Assembly: GCA_030704615.1 (NCBI GenBank)
Contig: CM060731.1
Span: 49,228,001 to 49,292,000, forward strand
Reading direction: 5' to 3'
Origin: Takakia lepidozioides
Lineage: Eukaryota; Plantae; Bryophyta
DNA: 64,000 bases
The notes under the pieces are model-generated. The model had not been told where the DNA came from, ran no database searches, and saw only the letters and a program-made list of their open reading frames with translations. Every line of letters begins with the position of its first letter. The first letter of the stretch is position 1. Positions 13,118-25,751 of this stretch are shown here, in pieces. Made by a program: the position numbers and the translations under genes.

Positions 13118-13609
13118 TGAGAGAGAAAGAGTCACAGAACATATTTAGGTCCGGGTACTTGCAAACCTGATGCAAAAACCCATGACAACAGCAGGCTCCT
13201 CTAAGTATACATGGCAAACGATCATCCAGCTTCAGCATCTTTTCTTACTTCTCCTTTTTGTCCCTCTCCCTCCCCCAAACCCACTCCCTGAAACTCTTAA
13301 GATTAGTAGTATACACTCCCTGTAAAACTATTTTCTTAATTCAAAAAGGCTGTGGTAGGAAGAGACACGGGATTGTGTGGCAGAACTCAGCACTTCACAC
13401 GTGTGTCCCTGGGCGTTTGATGAGTGGATAGAGGAGGAGTGAAGAGTGGATTGCCAGGGAGATGGAAGATTTGGAATGTGAAGCGTGATTGGAATGTGGA
13501 AGATTAGACAGAGATGGTCGGGTTTCCTGTGCAGCTCTGAGTGAGGGCAGGAGGAGATTGTTTGCATTGTACTAGTGTTTGCAAGACGAGGCCATTTTTG
13601 AATGCCTAA

Positions 13610-16600
13610 ATGGTTTCCGCTGCCTTTGCCAATCTTTGTCCCATTTCAACTGCCAACACATTTGCATCGGCTCAAATCGATGTGGTTTCTGGGTGTGCGA
13701 TCACAGGGTCAAAAATCCTGTCTTCTCCCCCGCCTCTGGGAGAGACTTGTGGCCGAAATAATTCAGGAAGGAATGGTTTGTTCAAGGATATTTATCTCAT
13801 GAAAAAGCAAACTGAACCCAATAGGGCGTTCGTCGTGGCAAATGCTGTGCCTAGAAACGTATGGGCCTCATGCTGTGGGAGTGGAAAAGCCCCACATTCC
13901 CAGAGGAGACGGAGATTCGGATCACAAATTTCAGAGGAGATTGTCGCTTTGGAGAGCTTCAATTGCAATGTGCCTAGCAGCTGGAAGGTTAGCGTTCTCC
14001 GTCCATCCACCACTTGCGCAGCTATAGCCAGTCCATCTGTGGCCTCTACATCCAATGGGGCAATTATCGAGAAGAAAGTGGCAATTGTGTGGTTCAAGCA
14101 GGACTTGCGGATCGACGATCACCTGGGTCTTGCTGCGGCATCACAGTATAAACAAGTACTTCCCCTCTTCATCTTCGACCCGTACATCTATGCTGGTCAG
14201 TTCTCCGCTCTAGAACTCAAGATTGTAGAGTATCCCGGGATACAGGGGGAAGAAAATGCTTTGAGAATTTCTCCAATTCACCTCGCAATATAAATGCTAG
14301 CTTCTGGGGCAAAATGCAGCTGTGTCTAGGGAGCTTATGGGACAAGAGTGCAGAAAGGAAGAAAAATAAATTTTATAACATCCACGGAAAGCTCAAATAG
14401 CTTATGGAAAACAGACAGAATGTACTCATAAGAATTTGTTTGCCGCCTTGTGGCCATTGCTTATGGAACAAGCAGAGATTGTACTCATAAGACGTTGTTT
14501 GCCGTAGCCTTGTGGCCATTGACCCCGCGCCCAGTTTGAGCGGGAACAAAAGGGACAGAACCTACCTCTGTCAGGGGCTGACGTTGGTAGTGTGACTTAC
14601 CATCATATATAGAATTAATCCGGGTTTTCCAGATATCCTCTAGAAATCCCTTCACACAAGCATCAATCTGCTGTGTGTGATTTGCCCAAAAACTAGGCCT
14701 CAGGAGGGCCTGGGCTTTTGGCTCAGCCTCAAGACTTTCAAAGTTGTTAAACAGGGGTACAGGCACAATTCCCTTGATAGAATTGAAGAGAGCGTCTCTT
14801 TGGTGAGAGAACCCCGGACAGTGTATCAGAAAGTGAATACTGTCTTCAGATTGCCCACACAGCGGGCAATTGCACTCTCCCTTTCCTCTCTGCTTCTGTT
14901 TGCTGTTCAAAGGTAGGCTTCCTGCCCTGAGTTTAAATTTCAGTCTAGTGCCGAGAGTGGGTAGACCCTTGAGGTCATCCAAGATGTCCTCCCCCATGTC
15001 ACTGACTGGAAACAAGTTCAGGGAAGTTTTCTGCCTAACTTCATTTTCATCAGACAATCTCATGGCAACAGACATGGCTGAGGACACTACAGCCTCTAAG
15101 TCAGATTTATCCAGCAGGGTCAAGACTTGCGGATCCAGGTCCAGGTCCTTGAGAATCTCTTCTACTCTCTTCTGCCAGGACTTAGCCTGTTTGACAGGGC
15201 GGTCCTGTTTCCAAGATATAGAGTCGATTAACTTAGGATATCTGGTGTTGGGCATATGTTGCAGCTGACCCCACCATCTGACCTTGAATTCATCTCGTCG
15301 GGAGCTTAAGGACGGAATGCCAAACTCACCCCTGAACAGCCACATTGGCTGTTTTGGAGCATGCTGACATACACTCCTTAAGCACCCCCACTTGAATGGA
15401 TTCTAGAGACTTAGCCTGGTTGGAGTTATCAACCCATATAGCAGATCCGTACTCCAAGGCAGGTCTAATAACGCGACAAAGCATGGTTTTCTTAACCTCA
15501 GAGTTGACCCCTCTGCAGTGGAAAAATTTAGTGAGCCCCAGAGCTTTGCCCTTGCCAGTTTGAACAACTTTCCGGATATGTGCATCCCAATTACAATTGG
15601 AGGAAAACTCAACGCCCAGGTAAGTGTAGGAAGGGAGGACCGGGATCTCTTGGCTACCCCACTGCCACTTAAGATCACTTCCTCCCTCTCCTCTGTCGTT
15701 GAATGCTACCACTGCACATTTGCTGACATTAGCCTCTAGCCCCCAAAGATCAAAGTATCTCTTCGCGCAATCAATCAACTCCTGGAGATTGGTTGGAGTC
15801 TCCCCTATGCCTGCGAAGTCATCCGCAAACATAAGGGCTGGTATGGTGGTATCACCCACCCTTAACCCAAATCCCTCACTTTCCACATCCTGGAGGAGTT
15901 GATTGATGAAAACATTGAAGAGCAGAGGGGAGAGAGTACATCCTTGAGCTACACCTTGGTCTATGTCAAAGAAGTTGGACTTCTGTCCGTTAACAGTGAC
16001 ACAGCTTTTGGTGTGAGCATACAAGTTGTGGACAACTCTCCACATCTTTCCCTTGATCCCACAAGACCAGAGGCGGAACCATAGGCCATCTCTCCACACT
16101 GTGTCATAAGCCTTTTTGACATCCAGGAACAAAACATAAGTGGGTTTCCCTTCTTTTTTCCTACCCTGGATAATCTGGCTTAGAGTGAAGATATGATCCA
16201 CACAGCCCCTGTTTTGCCGAAAGCCAGCTTGGCCTTCGTGGAAACAACCTCTAGACTCCAGATCAACCTCGATACGAGTACTTATAACTCTGCAGAATGT
16301 CTTGCCAACAGCATTGAGGAGCGTGATGCCACGGTAGTTCCCCGGTTCTTCTCTGTCACCCTTCTTGTATAGATTGACAATGACCCCCTGTCGCCAGCGA
16401 AAGGGGATCATTTCAGTCTTCCAGATAAGGTTAAAGAGGAGAACTAGGGCCTCTATCATGGGATCGCCACCGTGCTTGATAAGCTCGTTGACAATACCAT
16501 CAGGTCCACCAGCTTTATATCCATTTAAATGTTCAATTGCTTCCACAATCTCAGAAGAACTAATGGAAGCATTATAAGCCATTGAAATATACTCCAGTTC

Positions 16601-19600
16601 ATCAGGGCTGTTTTGAATCATAGGAACAGTTTTTCCAACTGTGTCCCTCCATTCAGCAGAAGACCCCTCACTGTTAGACCTAGAAGTTCTGCCAAGGATA
16701 CTGTAGTGAGTTTCAAAGGTTTTGACAATGTCAACCGATGAAGTCACCACTGCACCTTTAGTAGTCTGCAGCGCTTGTACTTGCTGACCGTTTTTCGGCT
16801 TGTACAAACGTTGAAGGGCCAACCAGGATTTCTTGTCATTACCACCATGGTGGTTTGAGTTTATTTCACTGTATAGCTTGTCCCAGTATAATTTCTTCTG
16901 AGACCTAACAAGCTGATTGATATCTTTACGGAGCTGGTAGTACCTCGCCCACAATTCTCTGTTGGTTTCCAAATTGCAGCACTCTTTATAGGGGCTCGTC
17001 TCTCAGCTATCTTGAGTTTAATCTCATTGGTCCACCAATTAACTGCTCTACCGCAGACAATTAGTTTCCTCCCAATGATCTTGTCGGAGGAAACGAAACT
17101 CTCCCAAGAGTCCACTGCTCTTTCGACTTCATTTCTTGCGTTAACAGAGCGTGACTGAAGTTCTTGGAGCGATTGGACAAAATGAGGGAGAGCCTCTTGC
17201 AAGGCCTGGACGTACTCAGCCTTGACCTCCTCATTGTGGAATTTTTCTATGCGCCACTTCCGAATCGAACGTTTCACAGATCTCTTGGTGGTGGGAAAAC
17301 ACCTTTTGATCTCAGTCCAACCCAGGAAGTGGTCAGAGGTACCAATATCAGTTCTGTCGATCAACACATTGGCACACTGGGGGAACAAAATTTTGTCCAT
17401 TATGATATAGTCCACAATGGAACGCTCCCCAGTATGGGATTTCTCACGAGTCCACTGCACTTGGTCACCTCTTGTCCTGTTATTCAAGGTCAAAAACTAA
17501 AGCTCTTCTAGACAATTAATTAACCGTCTGCCATTAGAATTCAGCTCGTCCTCACCAAAAGGTCCAATGATATCGTCCTGATGGATCCCTTTGCCCACCC
17601 AGGCATTGAAGTCCCCCAATAGTACCACCTGACCTTTGGCAAGGAACGAAGCACAGTCCAGCTTTACATCTTCGAAGGCCTTGTCTGCGTCAGCACTAAG
17701 GGTCCCCTCTGTGGGCATGTAAACACAACCAACAAAGAGGTCCTTTGTACTCATGCCGCCCTTCAGATTCAGTTTTAGCCAGATACTATGCTCGTACCTC
17801 AAACCCTTGTTGATAATTTCACAATTGTCAAACAAGAAATCACGGACAAAGAATCCAACCCCTTTTTGACCGCGTTTGGCAGAGGCTGCCTTGAGAGTAC
17901 ACATCTTACCTGCCCATTTATAACCATTGACATCTCCAACCAGTTTATCCGACGTTTCCCATGTTTCTTGCCCAGCACAGATATGAATATCATTAGTCCG
18001 AAGAACTTGTCCCACTTCGAGTTGTTTCCTTTGGTTGGTCAACCCTGAGAAGTTGAAAGTGGCCAGCCGCAAGCCAGCCCTTTGCATGTGAATTGTTTGT
18101 CGTCTAGGTAGCTTGTGATTGCTCCTGGACAGCCAACCGTTCTGCAAAGGGGGGACAGTTACCCCATGTGTAGATTTTGCTCGTCTTGTGTAAACTTTGA
18201 GAATTGGTAAACCATTCAGGGTACCAAATCTTTCAGTTACACGACGCACAGGCTCCACACACATAGGGGCAGATTGTCTGTCAGACTGCTTGGGGACAAT
18301 TACCCCGTGTATAGATTTTGCTCGTCTTGTGTAGACTTTGAGGATTGGTAAACCATTTAGAGTACCAAATCCTTCAGTTACACGACGTTCAGGCTCTGCA
18401 CACTTAGGGACAGATTGTCCATCTGACGGCTTGCGGACAATTACCCCGTGTATAGAATTTGTTCGTCTTGTGTAAACCTTGAGGATTGGTAAACCATTCA
18501 GAGTACCAAATCCTTCAGATTCAGGACGTTCAGGTTCCGTACATTTAGGGGCATCTTGTCCTTCTGGCTGTTTGGATTCAACCTCATCCAGAGCATCAAA
18601 CCGATTAGAAACTCTCAAGTTGAAGTCGTTGCCCTTGGTTGTCTTCCTAGAGCGCCCCATTGAACAAGCAGAGAGAGAGAGAGACAGAGTTTCCTAGTTG
18701 CAACTCAAAACAGGTAGTGTCCAAATTCTTGTACAGCTAGTTTGTGTGGAAAGGGACAATTACAACAACATTGAATGTAAAATCACTTCCATATCATTAC
18801 AGTTGCCACAACCAGCTTATCAGAGCCATTGTAATCACCTGTCCATAATGCCTATTGACTGAGAATGTATGCAGGCTGGTCCAAGGAGCTACTAGAAAGT
18901 CTATTCGATGCTGTGGCAGACCTAAGGCGGTCCCTCCGGAGTATAGGCTCCGATCTGGTAGTTCAAAGGGGCCGAACGGATGACATTCTTCTGGCATCTG
19001 CCCGCGAGGTAAAGTTTGTGCCATTCTTGCAACAGTTTTTGCTTCGAGTTGAGATGCCATGTGCAGGTTGCCCTTTCAGCCTGTAGCTTCACTTTCATAG
19101 TGCAAGCTCAAGTAGTTGTCCGTATCTGTACCAAGTACTTGTGTGTTCCAATTTAGGAGCTGCAACAATGTCCACAGAGCCATCTTTTAATATTACAAGT
19201 TAGTTATTGGCCAGTCAGTGGTGAGTAAACTTCCCCAGGTTATTCCACTCCATGCCATAGGACGGTTGAGGTGGGGGTGATCGCAGATTGCAAGATGCTT
19301 CTGGTGGATTTATAGTGATGATTTCACTCATTAGGCTGTTACAATGTATTGGTCACTTACTATGGTGGGCTGTACCTATATTTTCCAGGAGACTAGTGGT
19401 CTCTGGGGACAAAGCATAATAACCACCTTGATAACAGATAGGTGCCACAGACATCATCACTGAGGAGGAAGATGGGTATAAATGGCACAATCTAGTTGGC
19501 TCCGTATCGGCATCCCTGGCAGTGGAGTCCCTTTCAGGCCAGATCACTGGCTTCAAGCAATGGAATGCATCTTTGTATGATATTAAGGTACTTTCCCCAC

Positions 19601-22600
19601 ATGGGCGCTCACTTTCGTAGCTCAGGTTGGAGATAGTGTTTCAAAAAATTCACTTGGCACTAGATGTACTTTCTTAGATATCAGGTAGGCTGAGTCAGAG
19701 TGCATGCGTGACAACCTCTCAGTGGGTTGGATGCTCCATTCACTGTCTATGTCTTTATATGGCTCCCTCTTCCCTTTTTCTGCTTATTTTGTATTCCAAT
19801 ATCTAGGGGCATGCTAGCTGACAGTGATCACCGAGAAAGCCGCGTGGTAGGGACACATCAGAAACTGTTGCCAGAAGATCATATTTGTAGAGTGCATGAT
19901 CGCTATAAGGAACATTGATTGAAAAGTTACACAGGCGGAGTCATTTACATCTCATAGGAACATCTGAGCTCAAAGCTCAAGTAGGAAATTGGTGTCACTC
20001 AAAACCTATCTGCTGCCTCGTCTCTCCCCCCTTTAGAATTGGCAGTATTGAAGGTTGTCTCCATGTGGAGCGGGGAAACAGGGCATGGAGGAGGTGCCTG
20101 ACAGCTACAAGGATTTCAAACGCCTGCGCTGCCCTATTCTTCCTCCCCTGGACCCCCCTACAACACTACCTGCTTTTCCACCGGACATTGACCCAGGTAT
20201 GAAGTTCCCTCCCTCTGCTCTTATACTCTCGTGGATGCAATGTCAAGTTGACAGTTGCACGTTTCCAGTCCCGCAGTCGATAGTTTCATTTTATGGACTT
20301 GTCTGTCCGGCCAGGGACTTGCCTTGAACCCATCACTGATGAGAAAGTCTGAATTCTTAAAAGTCTGGTTTTGAGTGGTCCAACCATGTAGTTCACAGCC
20401 AAAGCTTTACTGCGAATGTTGTAAAACATCTGTCTTTTTCACATCTTTAATTCTGTGAAACAGGGGTCTTCCCAGCTTTCCATGACTTCAGTGACAGCAT
20501 TGATTCCATACAAGGAGACAATCCATGGTGGAATTTGTTGAAGGCAGCCCAAGACCAATCGGCAGAGAATCTGTTAAAACCAGAGCAGAAGCATGTAAAT
20601 GGGCAGGCTAAAGTTGTCAGAAGCCCAGAAAGTGGAGGTCTGAAGGGTCTCCTTGCTTGGCGGGAGAAGTATATACTGGAAAGTTCATACGAATCCACAG
20701 AGAAGAAAAACAAAAGAGAAGCGATGGAAGTAGAGGAGACCCTCGGAAAGTATGTGGTGAGAGGGGGAGCATCTGGAGCTGCGAACATATTTGATGGCTA
20801 TCTGAGATTTCTGGAGCCAACGGGCAGGAACGACTGGAAAGCGTCAGTTCCTCCTGCTCTCCATTTTGGACTCTTCTTCTTCAATCTACAAAATTGCCTG
20901 TCTGTCTGGTCTCACGCTTGAACTTCCATGTACGAAATGAGCTCTGCAGTTGTATGGATATGAAACTTCTGGAGTGAGCCTTTGCAATGGTTGTCCTCTG
21001 TGTTCTCCTTCAGTCCCCATCCACCGTGTGCTTAACCCAACCGGAAGTGGGTCTATGGCAAGGCTGTGGCAAGCAAATTGCGAAGTGTACATCACCATCT
21101 CCACTGAGTTCTCTTTCATTGCCTCCCTGTTTCTTGTCCAATATTCCCTTTTGTATTTCCTGCTCCTGTGCCTGATTGTCTTCCTATTTGCCTCCTTTCC
21201 CTTGCTCCCATTTTCTCTGTTGAAATTGCCAGAAATTCTAGAGGTGTTTTTGCAGGCTTTCTGACCAAAAATTGCCCAGATATAACGAATAGATATTAAA
21301 GTCTATTCTATTGCTGGGGCTTTGCAGGGTATATGAACATATTTGGGAGATGGAAAAGAAACCAGGAGGCTCCTTCAGAGCTCTCTTTAGCAATCCCTTG
21401 GCACTAGGCACACTCTCACGGAGGAGAATTCTGTATGAAGCCCTCAAGTATGAGAGGGAGAGAAATGGAGGCCGCCTGTCTCCCTTTGGTTTTTCTGCAT
21501 TCACAGTGGCAGCAGCTGTTGCAGATGTCAAGTCAATCGAGGTAATCTGAATTACCCTGAATAATACCTCCATTATCTGCTTCTTTACCCCATGACTTTT
21601 CTAGCAGGCATACTGCCTTGGTGTCTGAGTTAGGGCCTTGTTACATGGACTCAGAGCACCTAAGTGGTACACCTGATGTTGAATGCCTGGGATGGGGAGG
21701 TATTCCCCTACAGTGGTTTAAGATGCTGCAAAGGAAGAGTTGCAAACAGGGCAGTGCGAAGGGCTTCCAAGTTGGATCATGGCGATGGCGTGCCTTTCAT
21801 ATCCAGGTTTGGACCAATTTGTGGAAAGTGGAATTCACTTCTACTTATTTGCTATGGTTTACTGAGTGATCAGGCACAGAAGGTGGAAAATTTAGCTGCC
21901 GGGGAGTGATGCAGTCAGAGTCTTTGTCTTTGTCTTAGGAGTGGATGGGACCCCAGAATATGGGATTTGCATTATTTGAATGCTCTCTTTATTGGAGCAG
22001 AAAAAACCTGTGGTTGTGGTCAATTCTCACCCCCCAAGCAAATAAAATGCCAAAGCCAGATGCCCAACTCATGGATGTCCTCCCTCAAAAGACATTGAGA
22101 TCAGCTTATAGCAAATCTCTTGCACCGGGTCCCCTTCTGGCCCAGCCATGTTAAGATCGTTGTCTTGTAAGCTCTTTGTGTGTTCCAGGGACCATGCATG
22201 TCTTTATTATTGACATCAGTCACAAACTTCATATGTATGTGAAGTATTCCATGCTTGGAGAGGAAGGCCCTGCGGTGGTGCTTGTTCATGGATTTGGGGC
22301 TTTCTGGGAGCACTATCGTGACAACATTCGGGGCCTGGCAGAGAGGGGTAACCGTGTGTGGGCGCTTACCATGGTGGGATTTGGGCGTTCAGAGAAGCCC
22401 AACATCATGTATACTGAACTTCTCTGGGCTGAGTTGGTGCGTGACTTCATTGTGGAAGTTGTAGGGGAGCCTGTTGTATTGGCCGGCAATTCGATCGGAG
22501 GTATAGTGCATTTTCAAAATTGTGAGCAGTGAATACCATTTCTGGTTCTCAGTTTTAGTTGAGTCGTAGAGTCCTTGACGGGACCCTTGAGGCCAGAGTC

Positions 22601-25060
22601 CCTTTCGGATACGCCAAAGTTGTGGGGTGTCTACACATCAGACTACGGAAAGTCGGCCTGAAAATCAGTTCCATTTGTGCACTACCAACAACTATGCGAC
22701 TGCAGGGAACTGTGTGTTCGATGTACGGGCTGGGATATGGATCATTCTAGATAACACAAGGTTGTACCTCTACTCTAGCCCTGATACGGCAACAAATCCT
22801 ACACTAACAGACACACTTCGTCTCAACAAGGGCACACAAGTAAGATGCATAGCTTTTCTCTAAATGTGTTGACATCATTGCAGGGTACACAACTACTGCG
22901 GTGACAGGCCTGTGGCCCTCTCTGGTGAAGTCAGTAGTTCTGATCAACACAGCTGGACGAGTTGTCCCCAGCTACAGCTCCCTTACATACAAGAAGGTAT
23001 CATTTGTCTGTCCTCTTGCACTTTGTGTCTTCCAAGTAATGGAAATAGTTCAGAGTGATATGGGCGGATGTGCACACACTAGGAATGAGGCAAGGTGGAA
23101 GACACAAATACACATGAAACGTGGAGAGCAGGAACACTGGAACTCAGGGACGGAAATGACGTTGTGCTTAAACATTTGATTATGCAAGGGGGAAAGGGGT
23201 ATACACATCCTTATGCAAAACAAAGAGAGAAGGGACACAGGAGTTGAGGCATGTAAATATGTATGCTGATCTCATTGCATTGTGCTAATAATGAATTGCG
23301 CAGCCAAGGGAGAAATCGGCTATAGCAAAGGGGGGTGCGCAGCTGCTCCTATTCTACTTGCAGAACCTCAGCAACAGAATGCTGGAAAAATGCTACCCTA
23401 TTGTACCCTCTTGACCCCTTTCTCCCGTGATAGCTGAAGCAAAATACCCAAGGGATTCTACTTAAGTAAATACCTATGTTGTTCTACTTTGATGGAAATT
23501 CTGTTCCAGATATGTACAAAAGTGTCTTAGTTTGCTGAAATGTCAAGATATCTCCTACAGCTGTGCCCTAAGGACACTAGCAATGGCAACGGTAATTTTT
23601 TGTTAATTTCCGGTGACCTTAAAAGTTGTTCATAATTGTGTGAACCTTTTATCTGGTGAATGTACTGGTGTTTAACGTGTACTTTCTTTACTAGCTAATC
23701 ATCTACTCTCATGGTCCTGCTTTCGTGAGTGACTGTATTATCAACATTTTTGGATAGAGTAAATGATGGGGTCTAAAAGGGAGAGGGTATTAAAATTGGA
23801 TTGTTTGTGTGAAAGCAGAAAACTTCGAGGGTGGATGATTGGCTACTGTCGGAAGTGATGCGTGCTGTATCCTCTTACTGCTATTAGCCCTTTTGTCTTG
23901 TTATTTGGCATTCAAATGTACATGACCTTGCACTGGTTCTACACTGCGGCTGGTTTGGTCAAGAGGTGATCTGAATGGCCTGCAGTGCTTTCTTGTGGGG
24001 CTCATCATGACCTTGACACGGCTTAGTCATATGACCCTGGCTCCACAGCAGTGTTGGAGAGTATTTTTCACTTGCAGCCTCCGTTACCGTTGAACTTTTT
24101 CCTGGACCGCTATGACGGGAGGGTGCTGGTCATTCAGGTATGCCCCAGTTCTTTATATGCTTTGTGTTGCAAGAATCGTTGCAATGTAATACAAAAAGGT
24201 TAGATATACTCAGTGCTTGGTTTTCTGTTTACTGGTGTTTGCGGTTGGTGGTCAGTATATTAATACTAAACAAGTCCAAACCTACCTTAGTTTTGACTGA
24301 CTCCTCATAGCTTGCTGTCTTTCTTTCTCTCCTCCCAAAGATGATGTCAAGGCTTCAATTCAGTGTGAACAATTGTGACATCTTCTCCTCACAAGACACT
24401 TAATTATGCAGGGCATGAGAGATCCTTTGAGTGATTCAGCAAAGAGAGGCGCCATGCTGCAAGCTCACTGCTCCAATGTCACCATCCAGTACCTCGATGC
24501 TGGTGTGTTTCTATTCCTCCTTTCTGCCACTAGGTCTCCGTAACTGACTCTGGTAGTCCATGCATGTGCATACACCTTTTCTAAAGGGGAAATGGAGCCG
24601 TTCCTTATTGTCCATTTACATCCAACAAACCTCAGTGCACCTAACAGAGTCTGATGATGTATAATCAGAAGCTCCTCGCCCCTCGTCTTCTCCAGCCTTA
24701 TTGATAAAGGAGTGATTTATGTTGTCATTGGCAAACATAATGGAGGAAAACACCAACCCCTAAAAATTATGCAGAAACAAATGCAGTCACCTCTTTCCAC
24801 CCGGTTGCTCAACACCAGTGAATGCAAATGCAGGTCACTGTCCCCATGATGAGCTGCCCAATGAAGTGAATGACTTGATGCATGACTGGATGCGGAGCTT
24901 AGGTGGAGAGCTGCCTATGATCACCTCTGACCCTATCTCTAGTGAGGTACAAAAGGATGGAGATGAAGACACTGGACCTGCAGATGCTGCCGACATCATC
25001 AAAGCAGAGATCCAACTTACTGCCTCAGACTTATTGCCCCATTTCAACAAGAAGAATTAG
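13610..25060 (+). CDS. DNA photolyase/cryptochrome N-terminal domain fused to an alpha/beta hydrolase (At4g25290-like), ~14 exons, predicted plastid transit peptide
   Basis: Exon 1 has AIVWFKQDLRIDDHLGL...VLPLFIFDP (photolyase N-domain). Later exons have VVLVHGFGAFWEHY, GFGRSEKP, the nucleophile elbow GNSIGG and GHCPHDE. Exons read in frame across GT-AG introns (e.g. 18874-19008, 20082-20197, 22244-22500, 23819-23866, 24027-24137, 24833-25060). Confidence 0.9.
14420..14459 (-). mobile_element. 40-bp 3'-terminal remnant of the same LINE family, lying outside the TSD of the long copy
   Basis: Minus strand CAATGGCCACAAGGCGGCAAACAAATTCTTATGAGTACA is nearly identical to the LINE 3' end CAATGGCCACAAGGCTACGGCAAACAACGTCTTATGAGTACA. 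It is flanked by similar ...TTCCATAAG sequences on both sides. Confidence 0.75.
14479..18661 (-). mobile_element. Near full-length non-LTR retrotransposon (APE-RT-CCHC zinc finger), RTE-X/RTE-group-like, frameshifted, in intron 1 of the photolyase-hydrolase gene
   Basis: APE motifs (LATFNFSG, GQETW, LLGDFNA, SIVDYII, TSDHF), RT motifs (NYRGITLL, QAGFR, FLDVKKAYD, GVAQGCTLSPLLF, MFADD, YTYLG) and a C-terminal CPLC..ED..HFLIHC. The ORF is split into four pieces. A 13-bp TSD GAACAAGCAGAGA lies at 14466-14478 and 18662-18674. Clade assignment is inferred. Confidence 0.92.
18150..18565 (-). repeat. Three tandem 141-bp (47-aa) coding repeats at the LINE ORF N-terminus
   Basis: The PxCxEPxRxxxExFGTLNGLPILKVYTRRxxSxHGV unit occurs three times; the anchor ACCCC falls at 18161, 18302 and 18443. 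Confidence 0.95.
23867..24026 (+). other. Probable U12-type (minor spliceosome) GT-AG intron
   Basis: 5' splice site GTATCCTCTT, branch site ACCTTGAC at 24010-24017 about 9 nt before the AG, no polypyrimidine tract. Splicing restores the frame VMRA|SYDPG. Confidence 0.8.
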
Positions 25061-25751
25061 AGTCACACAGGGGGGTGATGGTAGTTTGGATTTCAAATTT
25101 AATGTCACACATATATTGATCTAAAATTGATGTTGTGGTCACCAGCTTGCTGGAGTAGTAAGCTTCTCAAGGAAAATTCCAATTCAGTCAGAGTAACTCC
25201 TTTGATAATTCCACACTTCGTACAAGGAACTGGTTGTCTTGTATAATATCTAACTGTGCTACTTGGATATAAATTCTGTGGTTGCTCTTGTGAAGGTGGG
25301 GTGCAATACTGCTGTTTTTAGCCAGTCTCATGTATAGAAATCGCTTGGCTTGCTTGCTTGCATCCACACTCAGCAGTAGTCGTCTACTCACACATCAACA
25401 GCAACACACTGCACTGGATTAGTCCCCTGAAATTAGTTGAAAATGCAGACACGGAGTTTTGTGGTGCAGTCACACATTCAAAGACAAAATAACTTTGGGG
25501 ATTCTGGCCCCCCCAAATCACAAGCATTTGGGTTGCCTGCTCAATGGATGATGTATACAGGAAAATACCACAGCCCACTGTAGAGCTTTACAGGGAGAGT
25601 GAACTGTCTGGGGATCTTCATTGAACTAGCCTACTTTTAGCATGAAAACCCTATAAGAACTAAGAACCGTTTTAGGGTTTAAGGGACTTGTAATGAGTGT
25701 GTAGGGGTATGTACACACTCTTCTGTCTGTGCCCTTGCTTGGGTTCTGGCC

